Both the position numbers and the translations under genes were made by a program. Shown piece after piece: positions 38,590 to 48,464 of a stretch of DNA of 64,000 nt; position 1 is the first letter of the stretch; each line of letters opens with the position of its first letter. The stretch lies in assembly GCA_003142015.1 (NCBI GenBank), contig PLOI01000133.1, positions 10,261 through 74,260 of the forward strand, given 5' to 3'. The DNA is from Acidobacteriaceae bacterium. GTDB taxonomy: Bacteria > Acidobacteriota > Terriglobia > Terriglobales > Acidobacteriaceae. A model generated the notes under the pieces. That model was not told where the DNA came from. It did no database searches and saw nothing but the letters and a program-made list of their open reading frames with translations.

Positions 38590-38641
38590 GGCACCTATTA
38601 TCTATAATTTGTCAGTTGAATGAATGAGATGCAATAGTCTA

Positions 38642-38731
38642 TGGCGGAGAGAGTGGGATTCGAACCCACGTTAGAGTTACCCCTAAACACGCTTTCCAAG
38701 CGTGCGCCTTCAGCCACTCGGCCATCTCTCC
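38642..38731 (-). tRNA. tRNA-Ser(GGA)
   Basis: Reverse complement GGAGAGATGGCCGAGTGGCTGAAGGCGCACGC-TTGGAAA-GCGTG...GGTTCGAATCCCACTCTCTCCGCCA. Confidence 0.97.
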
Positions 38732-38765
38732 GCGGAGTGGCGTACCTTCTTGAATCTACCATATC

Positions 38766-39893
38766 TTAGCGGCTGTTGGCTGGCTTGAGGTCTGAGTAGA
38801 TCTCGAGCAGCGTGCGCGCGGCGCGAAACGATGTTGCCCGTCCTTCCAGCACGTCCTGCTCCAGCGCTTCCATGCGTTTCCGTATCTCCGGATGCGACTC
38901 GAAGCGTTGCCGCAGGCCCTGCTCGATGATCTCGCGCATCCATCTCCGCAACTGATTTTGCCGGTTAGCACTGAACCATCCGTTGGCTTTTGTCAGGCCG
39001 TCGTGTTCCAGCACGCAATTCCAAAGCTCGGCAATGCCTTTGCCGGTTTGCGCCGAGCAAGTCAAAGCACACGGCGTCCATCCGGACGCCTGGCGGGGGA
39101 AATAGTGCAGTGCGTTTTCCGCCGCGGCGCGGGCTCGTTCCGCAGCGACCAGATTCGCGCCGTCAGCTTTGTTGATGGCCACGGCGTCCGCCAACTCCAT
39201 CACGCCGCGCTTCATGCCTTGCAACTCGTCGCCAGCGCCTGTCAGCGTGATGAGCAGGAAGAAGTCAACCATGGCATGAACCGCAGTCTCGGACTGCCCG
39301 ACTCCCACTGTCTCGACGAGGATGTTGCTGTATCCCGCCGCTTCACATAGCAGCATCGCCTCGCGAGTGCGCTGCGCCACGCCGCCCAGAGAGCCGCGCG
39401 ACGGAGTGGGCCGGATGAACGCCATGTCGCTGGATGCGAGAGATTGCATGCGGGTCTTATCGCCCAGAATGCTTCCGCCGGAAAGTTGGCTGCTGGGGTC
39501 GATTGCCAGCACGGCGACCTTCTGCCCGTGTTCTGCATTTTCACGTTCGCCGGTTCCGCGCCCGCCAATAAGGAACGTTCCCAGCCGTTCGATCACGCTG
39601 CTCTTGCCCGCGCCGGGAACCCCCGTGATGCCCACGCGAATGGATTTGCCGCTATAAGGAAGGCAGTCTTCGACAATTAGCTCGGCTAGTTCCCGGTCCG
39701 CTGCGCGCGAGCTTTCGATGAGGGTGATGGCTTGCGCCAGAATGGCGCGGTCGCCGCGCAGGATGCCATCGACGATTTGCTGGCGCGAAAGAGAACGACG
39801 TCGGTTGGAGGCGCGCGCAATCAGCTCCTGCGGCGGCTCCGGCGTTACGCATCCGGGGCGAACACGCAGCGCGCTCTCGTCAGGCTCCGTCAA
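38766..39893 (-). CDS. meaB: Methylmalonyl-CoA mutase-associated GTPase
   Basis: GVPGAGKS, DPSS..SGGSILGDKTRM, ETVGVGQSE, GDELQGMKRG, NKAD. Confidence 0.95.
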   Translation of the reverse strand: MTEPDESALRVRPGCVTPEPPQELIARASNRRRSLSRQQIVDGILRGDRAILAQAITLIESSRAADRELAELIVEDCLPYSGKSIRVGITGVPGAGKSSVIERLGTFLIGGRGTGERENAEHGQKVAVLAIDPSSQLSGGSILGDKTRMQSLASSDMAFIRPTPSRGSLGGVAQRTREAMLLCEAAGYSNILVETVGVGQSETAVHAMVDFFLLITLTGAGDELQGMKRGVMELADAVAINKADGANLVAAERARAAAENALHYFPRQASGWTPCALTCSAQTGKGIAELWNCVLEHDGLTKANGWFSANRQNQLRRWMREIIEQGLRQRFESHPEIRKRMEALEQDVLEGRATSFRAARTLLEIYSDLKPANSR

Positions 39894-42050
39894 TCAGGAA
39901 TGTCCTCCCACCAGACTTCCGTTCAGAATATCGAGAATTCGCTGCGCCGCGACTGGAATCACAGTGCCCGGGCCATACACGCCCACCGCGCCGGCCTGGT
40001 ACAGAAAGTCGTAGTCTTGTGGTGGGATAACGCCGCCCACAACCACCAGAATGTCATCCCGGTCGAGTTTGCGCAACTCTGCGATCAACTGCGGAACAAG
40101 CGTTTTGTGGCCAGCGGCCAGCGAGGAGACACCGACTACATGCACGTCGTTTTCGACCGCATGGCGCGCGACCTCGCGCGGAGTCTGGAACAGGGGACCG
40201 ATATCGACATCGAAGCCGATATCCGCAAATGCCGTGGCGATCACCTTTGAGCCGCGATCATGGCCATCCTGCCCCATCTTCGCGACAAGAATTCGGGGAC
40301 GGCGGCCTTCGGCTTGTTCAAACTCCGTAACCATTTGCTGCGCCTTTTTGAACTCCTCCGCGCTTGCGCTCTCAGCGGAGTAAACACCGGAAATGATGCG
40401 CGTGGTGGCCTCGTAACGGCCCCAGACTTTTTCGAGAGCCGAGGAGATCTCGCCCAGCGTGGCGCGCCTGCGCGCCGCATCCACCGCGCAATCCAGCAGA
40501 TTTCCTTCGCCCGTCGAAGCGCATTTTTCCAGCCGTTCGAGCGATTGGCGCACGGCATCTGGATCGCGCTCGCTCTTCAACTGGCTGAGCCGTTTAAGTT
40601 GCGATTCGCGCACCGCGGCATTGTCGATATCAAGAACGGGAATCAGCGGCTCCTCAGGAGAAGCAAAAGCGTTGACGCCAACAATCACGTCTTTGCCCGA
40701 GTCGATGCAAGCCTGTTTGCGCGCCGCAGCCTCTTCGATGCGCATCTTGGGAACGCCGGTTTCAATCGCTTTGGCCATGCCGCCCAGGCTTTCCACTTCC
40801 TCAATCAGCGCCCATGCTCCATGCATTAGGTCGTGCGTCAACCGCTCCACATAATAGGAACCGCCCCATGGGTCAACGATTCGAGTTATATTCGGTTCTT
40901 CTTGCAAGTAAATCTGAGTATTACGCGCAATGCGCGCGGAGAAATCAGTTGGCAGCGCCAGCGCTTCATCCAGGGCGTTGGTATGCAGCGACTGCGTATG
41001 CCCGAAAGCCGCAGCCAAAGCCTCAATGCACGTTCGCACCACATTGTTGTATGGATCCTGCGCCGTGAGGCTCCAGCCGGAAGTCTGGCAGTGTGTCCGC
41101 AAGACCAGAGACTTCGGATTCTTTGGATTAAATGTCTTGACTAACTTGGCCCATAACATGCGCGCCGCGCGCATCTTAGCAATCTCCATAAAGTGGTTCA
41201 TGCCAATGCCCCAGAAAAAGGAGATACGCGGCGCAAACTCGTCTATATCGAGGCCGGCTTTCACTCCCGTGCGCAAATATTCCAGTCCGTCGGCCAGCGT
41301 GTAGGCCAGCTCGATATCCGCCGTCGCGCCCGCTTCCTGCATGTGGTATCCGCTCACGCTGATGCAATTGAACTTGGGCATATTTGCCGAGCAATAGCGG
41401 AAGATATCGCCGATGATCCGCATGGAGCCTTCGGGAGGATAGATATAAGTGTTGCGAACCATGAATTCTTTGAGGATGTCATTCTGAATCGTACCGCTCA
41501 GTTGCTGGGGCGTTACTCCCTGCTCCTCCGCTGCGACAATATAGAACGCCATGATAGGGAGCACCGCGCCGTTCATGGTCATCGATACCGACATTTGACC
41601 GAGAGGAATCTGGTCAAACAGAATCTTCATGTCGAGGATCGAGTCAATCGCCACGCCTGCCTTGCCCACATCCCCGGTTACGCGCTCGTGATCGGAGTCG
41701 TATCCTCGGTGTGTGGCAAGATCGAACGCGACCGAAAGGCCCTTTTGTCCTGCGGCCAGGTTCCGGCGGTAAAACGCGTTGGACTCTTCGGCGGTGGAGA
41801 AGCCCGCGTATTGCCGAATGGTCCAGGGTCTCGTGACATACATCGTGCTGTAAGGTCCGCGCGGATAGGGCGGAACTCCTGCGGCATACTCAAGATGTTC
41901 GAGTCCCTCGAGGTCCTCGCGCGTATAGAAACTCTTCACAGGGATGTGCTCGGGAGAGAGCCATGCACAATTCTCTTGTGTCTTGCTCTCTCGCGCAGCC
42001 GCGCGTTCCACTTCGGGCTTCAATTCGATCTTTGAAAAGTCTGGACGCAT
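39894..42050 (-). CDS. scpA: Methylmalonyl-CoA mutase, catalytic B12-binding subunit
   Basis: [38 protein letters not shown]; start set at MRPDFS (42050) next to the upstream gene's stop. Confidence 0.96.
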   Translation of the reverse strand: MRPDFSKIELKPEVERAAARESKTQENCAWLSPEHIPVKSFYTREDLEGLEHLEYAAGVPPYPRGPYSTMYVTRPWTIRQYAGFSTAEESNAFYRRNLAAGQKGLSVAFDLATHRGYDSDHERVTGDVGKAGVAIDSILDMKILFDQIPLGQMSVSMTMNGAVLPIMAFYIVAAEEQGVTPQQLSGTIQNDILKEFMVRNTYIYPPEGSMRIIGDIFRYCSANMPKFNCISVSGYHMQEAGATADIELAYTLADGLEYLRTGVKAGLDIDEFAPRISFFWGIGMNHFMEIAKMRAARMLWAKLVKTFNPKNPKSLVLRTHCQTSGWSLTAQDPYNNVVRTCIEALAAAFGHTQSLHTNALDEALALPTDFSARIARNTQIYLQEEPNITRIVDPWGGSYYVERLTHDLMHGAWALIEEVESLGGMAKAIETGVPKMRIEEAAARKQACIDSGKDVIVGVNAFASPEEPLIPVLDIDNAAVRESQLKRLSQLKSERDPDAVRQSLERLEKCASTGEGNLLDCAVDAARRRATLGEISSALEKVWGRYEATTRIISGVYSAESASAEEFKKAQQMVTEFEQAEGRRPRILVAKMGQDGHDRGSKVIATAFADIGFDVDIGPLFQTPREVARHAVENDVHVVGVSSLAAGHKTLVPQLIAELRKLDRDDILVVVGGVIPPQDYDFLYQAGAVGVYGPGTVIPVAAQRILDILNGSLVGGHS

Positions 42051-42052
42051 GG

Positions 42053-43801
42053 TTAGTCCTTGATCCCCAGCCGTTGCTGCCATTTTGCAAGAACTTCGAT
42101 AGGGTTGCTTCGGATATGAATGAAATCCGCCACGCCGGCGGCCTGCAGCTGCGGAGTAGATTCGGGAGAGCCTGCGACGATTACCGGTGTCTCGCGCCCC
42201 AGCATCCTCAACCTGGACATAACTTCGATAGCCAGCGCAAGATACTCCGCGTCGGAGCTGCAAAGCACGATAAGATCGGGATCGCTGGCCGGAATCCTAT
42301 CGGCGATTGAAAATCGCCTGGCGACGAGATCGAAGCCAGCGCAGGCAAAAAAGTTGGCGGCGAAATTGGATCGGGCCGCACGCATTTTTGCATCCCCGAA
42401 TTCGGCCAGCAGTACACGCGGGGTCTTGCCGGTCAATGCCGCGTGGCGTTCAGTGCGCAGACGAAGCTCTTCATACATCCACGCGCCGCGCCGCCTGCCG
42501 GAGAGGCGCGATGAGTCAATGCGCCCCAATGCTTTTTCGGAAAGGTTGGCGTGTTGACTGGTTCCGGTAAAGATGCGGCGGCGAGACGCCACGGCCTTTT
42601 CTTTGGCGGCCAGCGATTTCTCCAGCGCCTGCGCGAGTAGCCCATCCGCCAAAGCTTTCCGATAACCGCCGGCGGCTTCAATCTGCTGCATCGATTTCCA
42701 ACCCTTGCGGGCAATGAAATCGGTGATAGCTTCCAGGCAGTACGATCCGGCGCCCGGATCAGCCACTCGTGATAGCAGCGCTTCTCGCTTGAGAATGATT
42801 TGGGTGTTTCGCGCGAGCCGGCGACTGGCGTCATCCGGCGTTTTGTAACACTCATCGAAGGGCGCGACGGTGATGACGTCCGCACCGCCCAGGGCCGCCG
42901 ACATGGCCTCGGTGGTCGAGCGCAGAATGTTGACGTGAGGATCGTAGATAGTCTCGTTCCAACGCGAGGTGCGGGCGTGAATTCTGGCCCTGGCGCTCTC
43001 TCGGTGTCCGCCAAAGCTTTCGACGGCTTGCGCCCACATCATGCGGAAGGCGCGCAGCTTGGCAATTTGAAAGAAATAGTTGGCGCCAATAGAAAATGAA
43101 AATGTAATCGAAGCTGCGGCGCGATCAGCGTCCACGTTGCGCTCTTGCATCCCAGCCATGAAATCGATGGCTGCTGCCAGGGTAAATCCAACTTCTTCGA
43201 CAGCGGTCGCTCCCGACTCCTCAAACTCCTCGCCATGGATTGTGAAGGGCACGAGCGTGGCAGGCGCAGCCGCGATAACTTCCGCGGCATAGTCCAGGTT
43301 AGCGAGCGGATTCCATCCGGTCGATACCGGCGCCGGTCTTTGCCGCGCGTTCAGCAGTTCGATCAAAAGACGAAGCTGCGGCACGCCGGCGTTTTCAAGA
43401 TGCACGGGAATTTCTTCAAGGTTGGCAAGCAGCTCATTCAGGTCTGAAGCATTCTCGAAGTTTGCGGCGCGGAATGAGATCTCTCCGGTTCCGGCAAGCA
43501 CCGCGCTGTGCGCCGCCCGATTGGCCTTCACACGATCGACAGCGTAGATCTCTTCTCGTATACGCCAATCGCCCGTTGAGCGAGCGCCGCGCGCATAGGG
43601 AAAAACGCCGGGCCGCGCATCAGGATATTCCAGCCCAGCGACATCTTCGGCCCTGTAGTAAGGCTTGACCGCGAGCCCTTCCTCTGTTTGCCAAATCAGT
43701 TTCCCGGCGTAGTCTGCGCCCTTCAGGTCCTTGCGGATGAGATCCTCCCACGACTGAGTGCTGACGGGAGGAAATTCCTGGAGAAGATGATCGGTGTCCA
43801 T
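42053..43801 (-). CDS. mutA: Methylmalonyl-CoA mutase small (non-catalytic) subunit
   Basis: [42 protein letters not shown]; lacks DxHxxG. Confidence 0.9.
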   Translation of the reverse strand: MDTDHLLQEFPPVSTQSWEDLIRKDLKGADYAGKLIWQTEEGLAVKPYYRAEDVAGLEYPDARPGVFPYARGARSTGDWRIREEIYAVDRVKANRAAHSAVLAGTGEISFRAANFENASDLNELLANLEEIPVHLENAGVPQLRLLIELLNARQRPAPVSTGWNPLANLDYAAEVIAAAPATLVPFTIHGEEFEESGATAVEEVGFTLAAAIDFMAGMQERNVDADRAAASITFSFSIGANYFFQIAKLRAFRMMWAQAVESFGGHRESARARIHARTSRWNETIYDPHVNILRSTTEAMSAALGGADVITVAPFDECYKTPDDASRRLARNTQIILKREALLSRVADPGAGSYCLEAITDFIARKGWKSMQQIEAAGGYRKALADGLLAQALEKSLAAKEKAVASRRRIFTGTSQHANLSEKALGRIDSSRLSGRRRGAWMYEELRLRTERHAALTGKTPRVLLAEFGDAKMRAARSNFAANFFACAGFDLVARRFSIADRIPASDPDLIVLCSSDAEYLALAIEVMSRLRMLGRETPVIVAGSPESTPQLQAAGVADFIHIRSNPIEVLAKWQQRLGIKD

Positions 43802-43807
43802 ATTTCT

Positions 43808-44284
43808 TCACTTGCTTTCAGGGTCTTCGACAATTTCGATGAGAAACCCAAAGGGATTGTCGGCTCTCGACTTAGGATGAACAAAGAAGACCGTGGTTCC
43901 GCGCGAGCCCTTGCGGGGCGCCTTGTCGATAATTTGAAATCCGTTTGCCTTCATCGCGTCAAAGGCTTGTTGCGCGCTCTCCACGCGGAAAGCGAGATGG
44001 GCCAAGCCGCCGCGGCCGCCGTTTCTCTCGATCAGTTTTTGCACCGGAGAATCCGCCGTCAATGGTTCAAGCAACTGAATCAGGTTAGGGCCGTCGCCGA
44101 TGCGCAGTAAAGCTTCGCGGACCTGATCGACTCCCAGTACTTCTTCCCGGTGAACTTCATGGAAGCCCAGCATCGCGTAAGCCTCGACCTGGCGGTCTAA
44201 CTCCCCTTGCTTCACGGCGATGGCTACGTGGTCTACAAACTTGATTCCCGGAACAAGTTTCAAATCTTCATCAATACTGCTCAT
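43808..44284 (-). CDS. mce: Methylmalonyl-CoA epimerase (VOC fold)
   Basis: DHVAIAV, IQLLEPL, GLAHLAFRV, FVHPKS, LIEIVE; operon context. Confidence 0.85.
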   Translation of the reverse strand: MSSIDEDLKLVPGIKFVDHVAIAVKQGELDRQVEAYAMLGFHEVHREEVLGVDQVREALLRIGDGPNLIQLLEPLTADSPVQKLIERNGGRGGLAHLAFRVESAQQAFDAMKANGFQIIDKAPRKGSRGTTVFFVHPKSRADNPFGFLIEIVEDPESK

Positions 44285-44326
44285 TGGTTGCCCTTTTAGA
44301 CAGAGGGTGAGAACGGTTGAGGGCGA

Positions 44327-44722
44327 CTATTCGAATTCGACGACAACCTGATTCACCTTCACGGAATCGCCTTGCGCCACCCGCACACTCTTTACTTTTC
44401 CCGCGTTGGGCGCTGTTACATTGGTTTCCATCTTCATGGCTTCAAGCACCATGATCAGATCGTTGGCCTCGATCACCTGCCCCGTCTCAACGTTGACCTT
44501 GATGACAATGCCTGTCACGGGACTGCGGCATAGCTTGTCTTCGCTTGCATTTTCCTCGGCCGATGGGGCCGTAGCTTTCGCGCTCGCCACCGGCATTGAC
44601 TGAACCGTCGCATGAAGCGGCTGGTACGGCCCATAACTCGGCTGGCGCGGCATCGTGTCATCTTCCAAGACTTCGACTTCAGCCTCGTACGTTTTTCCGT
44701 CAATTGAAATCTGAAGCTTCAA
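44327..44722 (-). CDS. Biotin carboxyl carrier (transcarboxylase 1.3S-like)
   Basis: LEAMKMET biotinylation motif; N-terminal MKLQISIDGKTYEAEVEV. Confidence 0.9.
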   Translation of the reverse strand: MKLQISIDGKTYEAEVEVLEDDTMPRQPSYGPYQPLHATVQSMPVASAKATAPSAEENASEDKLCRSPVTGIVIKVNVETGQVIEANDLIMVLEAMKMETNVTAPNAGKVKSVRVAQGDSVKVNQVVVEFE

Positions 44723-44760
44723 GTTACGAATTCCTTCCCTGAAAAAACTTTCCGGCGGCC

Positions 44761-45150
44761 TCAGCTTCTCGACCGGAAATTATGCGAGGCTTGAACGGAA
44801 ACCCGCCCCTGCTGAGACCATGGATTTACAACTTCGTAAGGCGACTGCAAAACCTTTGCCGAGCGAATGCGGACTTTCTTTCCCAGAAACGCGGTTACAG
44901 CCGCGGCAATCACCACCAGCACTTCGGGAGTGACTTCCGCTTTTGCGCCAGGGGCTGCTTCCTTCGCGGTGTCATCGGCTTTGGTTTTGACAACCGGAGT
45001 AGCCGCTGGCTGCAATGACGCAGACGCGCTCAGTTCGGCTACGCGGGCCTGCAAGGCCTTGAGCGCGCCGGTAAGCTCGCCCAGTTGGCGTTCTGTCGCA
45101 AATTGCCGCTCCGACAAAGCCCGAATCAAATCTGTCAAATTCACTGTCAC
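44761..45150 (-). CDS. Small carboxyltransferase accessory subunit (epsilon/OadG-like C-terminus, no TM anchor)
   Basis: VIAAAVTAFLG...WSQQGR tail; coiled-coil N-terminus; lies between 12S- and 1.3S-like genes. Confidence 0.65.
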   Translation of the reverse strand: MTVNLTDLIRALSERQFATERQLGELTGALKALQARVAELSASASLQPAATPVVKTKADDTAKEAAPGAKAEVTPEVLVVIAAAVTAFLGKKVRIRSAKVLQSPYEVVNPWSQQGRVSVQASHNFRSRS

Positions 45151-45160
45151 GCGCGGCTCC

Positions 45161-46750
45161 TTATAGGGGAATCAACCCATGTTTTTTCGGAGGACGCAGC
45201 TCCCGTTTGGAGTGCAGCGATTGAAGCGCATCCGCCAGATATTTTCTGGTTTCGGAGGGATCGATGATGTCATCCACAAGCCGCCGGCCCGCCGCGACGT
45301 AAGGGTTGGAAAACGTCTCGCGATACTCGTCCACCAGTTCCTTGCGACGGCCTGCTTTGTCCTCGGCTGCATCGATTTCGCGACGGAAGACAATTTCTGC
45401 CGCGCCCTCGGCGCCCATCACCGCAATCTCAGCCGTGGGCCACGCGACCACCCGGTCCGCGCCCAGGTCCTTGCAGCACATGGCGATATACGCGCCGCCA
45501 TAGGCCTTGCGCAATACAACCGTAATCTTGGGAACCGTGGCGGACGAATAAGCAAACAGCAGCTTGGCGCCGTGGCGAATGATGCCGCCGCGCTCCTGGT
45601 CGACTCCGGGCAGAAAACCCGGCACATCGACAAAGGTAATCAGCGGAATGTTGAACGCATTGCAGAAGCGCACAAATCGCGCTGCCTTATCGGAGGCATT
45701 GATGTCCAGCACGCCGGCGAGGTAATTCGGCTGGCTGGCGATGATGCCAACCGGCCGGCCTTGCAGACGTCCGAAGCCGATAACAATGTTAGGCGCGAAG
45801 CCCGGCTGGATTTCGAGAAAATCGCCATAGTCTAAAACGCGCGTAATTACGCTTCGCACGTCATAGGCTGCCTTGTTATCGACCGGGACAATCCCGTTCA
45901 TCTCCGGATCAGACTCGATGGGCAGATTGAACGGCGCGCGAGGTGCGTCTTCAAGATTGTTGGAGGGCATGAAACTGAGCAGCCGCCGGCAAAGTTGAAC
46001 CGCTTCATCGTCGTTCTCGGCGATAAGGTGAATGACTCCCGAGTTATTCATCTGCGATATAGGTCCGCCCAGCTCTTCCGCGCTGACCACTTCGCCTGTA
46101 ACCTGCTTGATCACCAGCGGCCCGGTGATAAACATTCGCGCCGCCCGGGTTTGGATGATGAAATCGGTAAGCGCTGGGCTGTAAACAGCGCCTCCCGCGC
46201 ACGGTCCGCAAATCAGGGAAATCTGCGGCACCATTCCCGAGAGCATCACATTGTTGTAAAAGACGCGGGCATATCCGGCCAGGCTGTCTATCCCTTCCTG
46301 AACGCGCGCGCCGCCGGAGTCGTTGATAAAGACGAACGGACTTCCTGTCTTAAGAGACAGGTGCATCATGTCGACAACCTTGTCGTTATGCGTTTCGCCG
46401 GCAGATCCGCCGCCCACGGTAAAATCCTGGCTGGCCAGATGCACCAGACGGCCATTGATGTTCGCGCACCCGGTCACCACCCCATCGGCGGGCATCTCTT
46501 TTCCGGCCATCCCGAAATAAGTGGAGCGATGAAGGGCAAACAATCCGATCTCCTGGAAGCTGCCAGGGTCCACCAGCCTTGCCACCCGTTCCCGTGCCGT
46601 TAGCTTGCCGGACGCATGCTGTTTCTCGATGCGCTCCTGGCCGCCGCCGAGTTCGAGCTTCGCGCGTTTCGCGTTCAGCGCGGAAATCTTCTCGGCCATT
46701 GTCTTTTTCTGACTCTCTGCTTGCTTCGCCATCCCTGCTCCTGGATCCAT
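45161..46750 (-). CDS. Acyl-CoA carboxyltransferase (transcarboxylase 12S-like)
   Basis: GKLTARER, DSGGARVQEG, VDVPGFLPG, RKAYGGAY, KKHGLIPL. Confidence 0.92.
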   Translation of the reverse strand: MDPGAGMAKQAESQKKTMAEKISALNAKRAKLELGGGQERIEKQHASGKLTARERVARLVDPGSFQEIGLFALHRSTYFGMAGKEMPADGVVTGCANINGRLVHLASQDFTVGGGSAGETHNDKVVDMMHLSLKTGSPFVFINDSGGARVQEGIDSLAGYARVFYNNVMLSGMVPQISLICGPCAGGAVYSPALTDFIIQTRAARMFITGPLVIKQVTGEVVSAEELGGPISQMNNSGVIHLIAENDDEAVQLCRRLLSFMPSNNLEDAPRAPFNLPIESDPEMNGIVPVDNKAAYDVRSVITRVLDYGDFLEIQPGFAPNIVIGFGRLQGRPVGIIASQPNYLAGVLDINASDKAARFVRFCNAFNIPLITFVDVPGFLPGVDQERGGIIRHGAKLLFAYSSATVPKITVVLRKAYGGAYIAMCCKDLGADRVVAWPTAEIAVMGAEGAAEIVFRREIDAAEDKAGRRKELVDEYRETFSNPYVAAGRRLVDDIIDPSETRKYLADALQSLHSKRELRPPKKHGLIPL

Positions 46751-46765
46751 CGGTATGAATACGTT

Positions 46766-48283
46766 CTATTTTTCCGGAGCCACGGTTACCCGGTGCTCTC
46801 TTCCGTTCAGCGTAATCACATAGTTCACCGTGGCGCTCAACGCAGCTCCGCCTTTGGCCACTGAGGGAACCTTTGCGGCCTGCTCGGCGCCAGGCGCTTC
46901 CTTGCCCGGATCCCGGCCCAGATTCTTGCGGCCCTGGGCGCGGCTCTCGAAGAATTTGGGCGCCACCTGCGGGAACATGGCATAAGTCAACACGTCCTCA
47001 TCGCTGCCGTTTGATCCCTTCAGGGCGCACGCGGCGGCGCTCAGGCTCTCCCACTCCGGCTTTTGCAGGTCGGCGGGACGAACCGTAATCGCCGGCTTCT
47101 TCGCATGAGCCTCGGCCTTTTTCAGCACCTCAGGATCCTTTGCGCCAATCGTGCTGCCGTAGTAACCCAGCATCAGGTCGGCAAACTCCCCGGTAAGAAC
47201 TTTGTACTTGCCCATCAGAACATTGAAGACAGCCTGTGAGCCCACAATCTGGCTCGACGGAGTCACCAGCGGCGGATAGCCGGCATCCTTGCGAACTCTG
47301 GAAACTTCTTCCAGTACTTCCTGCAGGCGGTCGCCCGCGCCCTGTCCTCTAAGCTGGCTTTCCATGTTGGAGATCATTCCGCCCGGAATCTGGCTCTTGA
47401 ATATCTCCGTATCCACGCCGGTATTCTCGCTGAAGAACTCTCGGTAACGCGGGCGAATTTGCGCGAAGTGGTCTGAGATGCGCCGAACACACTCCTTATT
47501 CAGGCGAGTCTCGTACCCCGTCCCTTCCAGCAATTCGACCAGGCTTTCGGTCGGGTTGTGTCCCGGCCCCAGCGACAGGGAACTGACCGCGGTATCCACA
47601 ATGTCGCATCCCGCCTCGATGGCCTTCATTATCGAGACCAGAGTTACGCCGGTGGTGGCGTGGGCGTGGACATGAACCAGCGTGTCGCTTCCGCACTTCT
47701 GCTTGATGGCTTTGACCAAATCGTATGCGGGCTGCGGCTTCAGCAGGCCGGCCATGTCCTTGATGCAAATCGAGTCGCAACCCATATCCCGCAACTCAGC
47801 GGCCATGGCGGCAAATGCCTCCACCGTGTGCAGGGGGCTGATGGTGTAAGAGATCGCGCCTTGCGCGTGCTTGCCGGTCTTTTTCACAGCGGCGATGCTG
47901 GTTCTCAGATTGCGCACGTCATTGAGCGCGTCAAAAATCCTGAAGACATCAATCCCGTTGGCGGCGGACTTCTCTACAAACCGCTCCACGACGCTGTCTT
48001 CATAATGGCGATAGCCCAACAGGTTCTGGCCGCGCAGCAACATCTGCAGCCGGCTCTTGGGCATCAGCTTGCGCAGCGTACGCAATCGTTCCCACGGATC
48101 CTCGTTCAGAAAGCGGATGCAGGAATCGAAGGTTGCGCCGCCCCAGCACTCTACCGACCAGTAACCGGCATTGTCGATGTCTTCGCAGGCCGGAATCATG
48201 TCGTCCAAAGCCATGCGGGTGGCAAGCAAACTCTGATGCGCGTCTCGAAGCGCCAGTTCTGTGATCTCAACAATACGGGACAT
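46766..48283 (-). CDS. Methylmalonyl-CoA:pyruvate transcarboxylase 5S-like subunit
   Basis: RDAHQSL, ECWGGATFDSCIRFLNEDPWERL, IKDMAGLLKP, HAHATTG, SQIPGGMISNMESQL; about 505 aa with no fused biotinyl domain. Confidence 0.88.
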   Translation of the reverse strand: MSRIVEITELALRDAHQSLLATRMALDDMIPACEDIDNAGYWSVECWGGATFDSCIRFLNEDPWERLRTLRKLMPKSRLQMLLRGQNLLGYRHYEDSVVERFVEKSAANGIDVFRIFDALNDVRNLRTSIAAVKKTGKHAQGAISYTISPLHTVEAFAAMAAELRDMGCDSICIKDMAGLLKPQPAYDLVKAIKQKCGSDTLVHVHAHATTGVTLVSIMKAIEAGCDIVDTAVSSLSLGPGHNPTESLVELLEGTGYETRLNKECVRRISDHFAQIRPRYREFFSENTGVDTEIFKSQIPGGMISNMESQLRGQGAGDRLQEVLEEVSRVRKDAGYPPLVTPSSQIVGSQAVFNVLMGKYKVLTGEFADLMLGYYGSTIGAKDPEVLKKAEAHAKKPAITVRPADLQKPEWESLSAAACALKGSNGSDEDVLTYAMFPQVAPKFFESRAQGRKNLGRDPGKEAPGAEQAAKVPSVAKGGAALSATVNYVITLNGREHRVTVAPEK

Positions 48284-48308
48284 TTATGACTCCCTCAAAT
48301 TAACCTCA

Positions 48309-48372
48309 ATTATAGTATTGCAGCCTTCAGAGTAATCCGCATCCGGAAAGCGTGTCCGTGCGCTGGCGCACA
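48309..48372 (-). promoter_or_regulatory. Transcarboxylase operon promoter: TATAAT -10 plus upstream Crp-like palindrome
   Basis: Minus-strand TATAAT at 48314-48309; cGTGCG-ctgg-CGCACA at 48357-48372. Confidence 0.6.
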
Positions 48373-48464
48373 CATTCGCTGTCCATATTTCTATGGCCTT
48401 CGTGCCGAGCCGTTCGTAGTGGAGAACCACTTGGCTCTGGCGTCCATCTTCGGATGGCGTGCGC

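Noticed and set aside
39894-42263. 789-aa version of the mutase large subunit in the ORF track
   Set aside because: The extension overlaps mutA; the homologous start is MRPDFS at 42050.
48345-48355. ggaaagcgtgt matching the tRNA-Ser anticodon arm as a possible att site
   Set aside because: Only 11 nt, inverted relative to the tRNA and not its 3' end; likely chance.
48284-48460. Cobalamin riboswitch ahead of the mutase operon
   Set aside because: No B12-box seen and the leader after the TATAAT promoter is too short.
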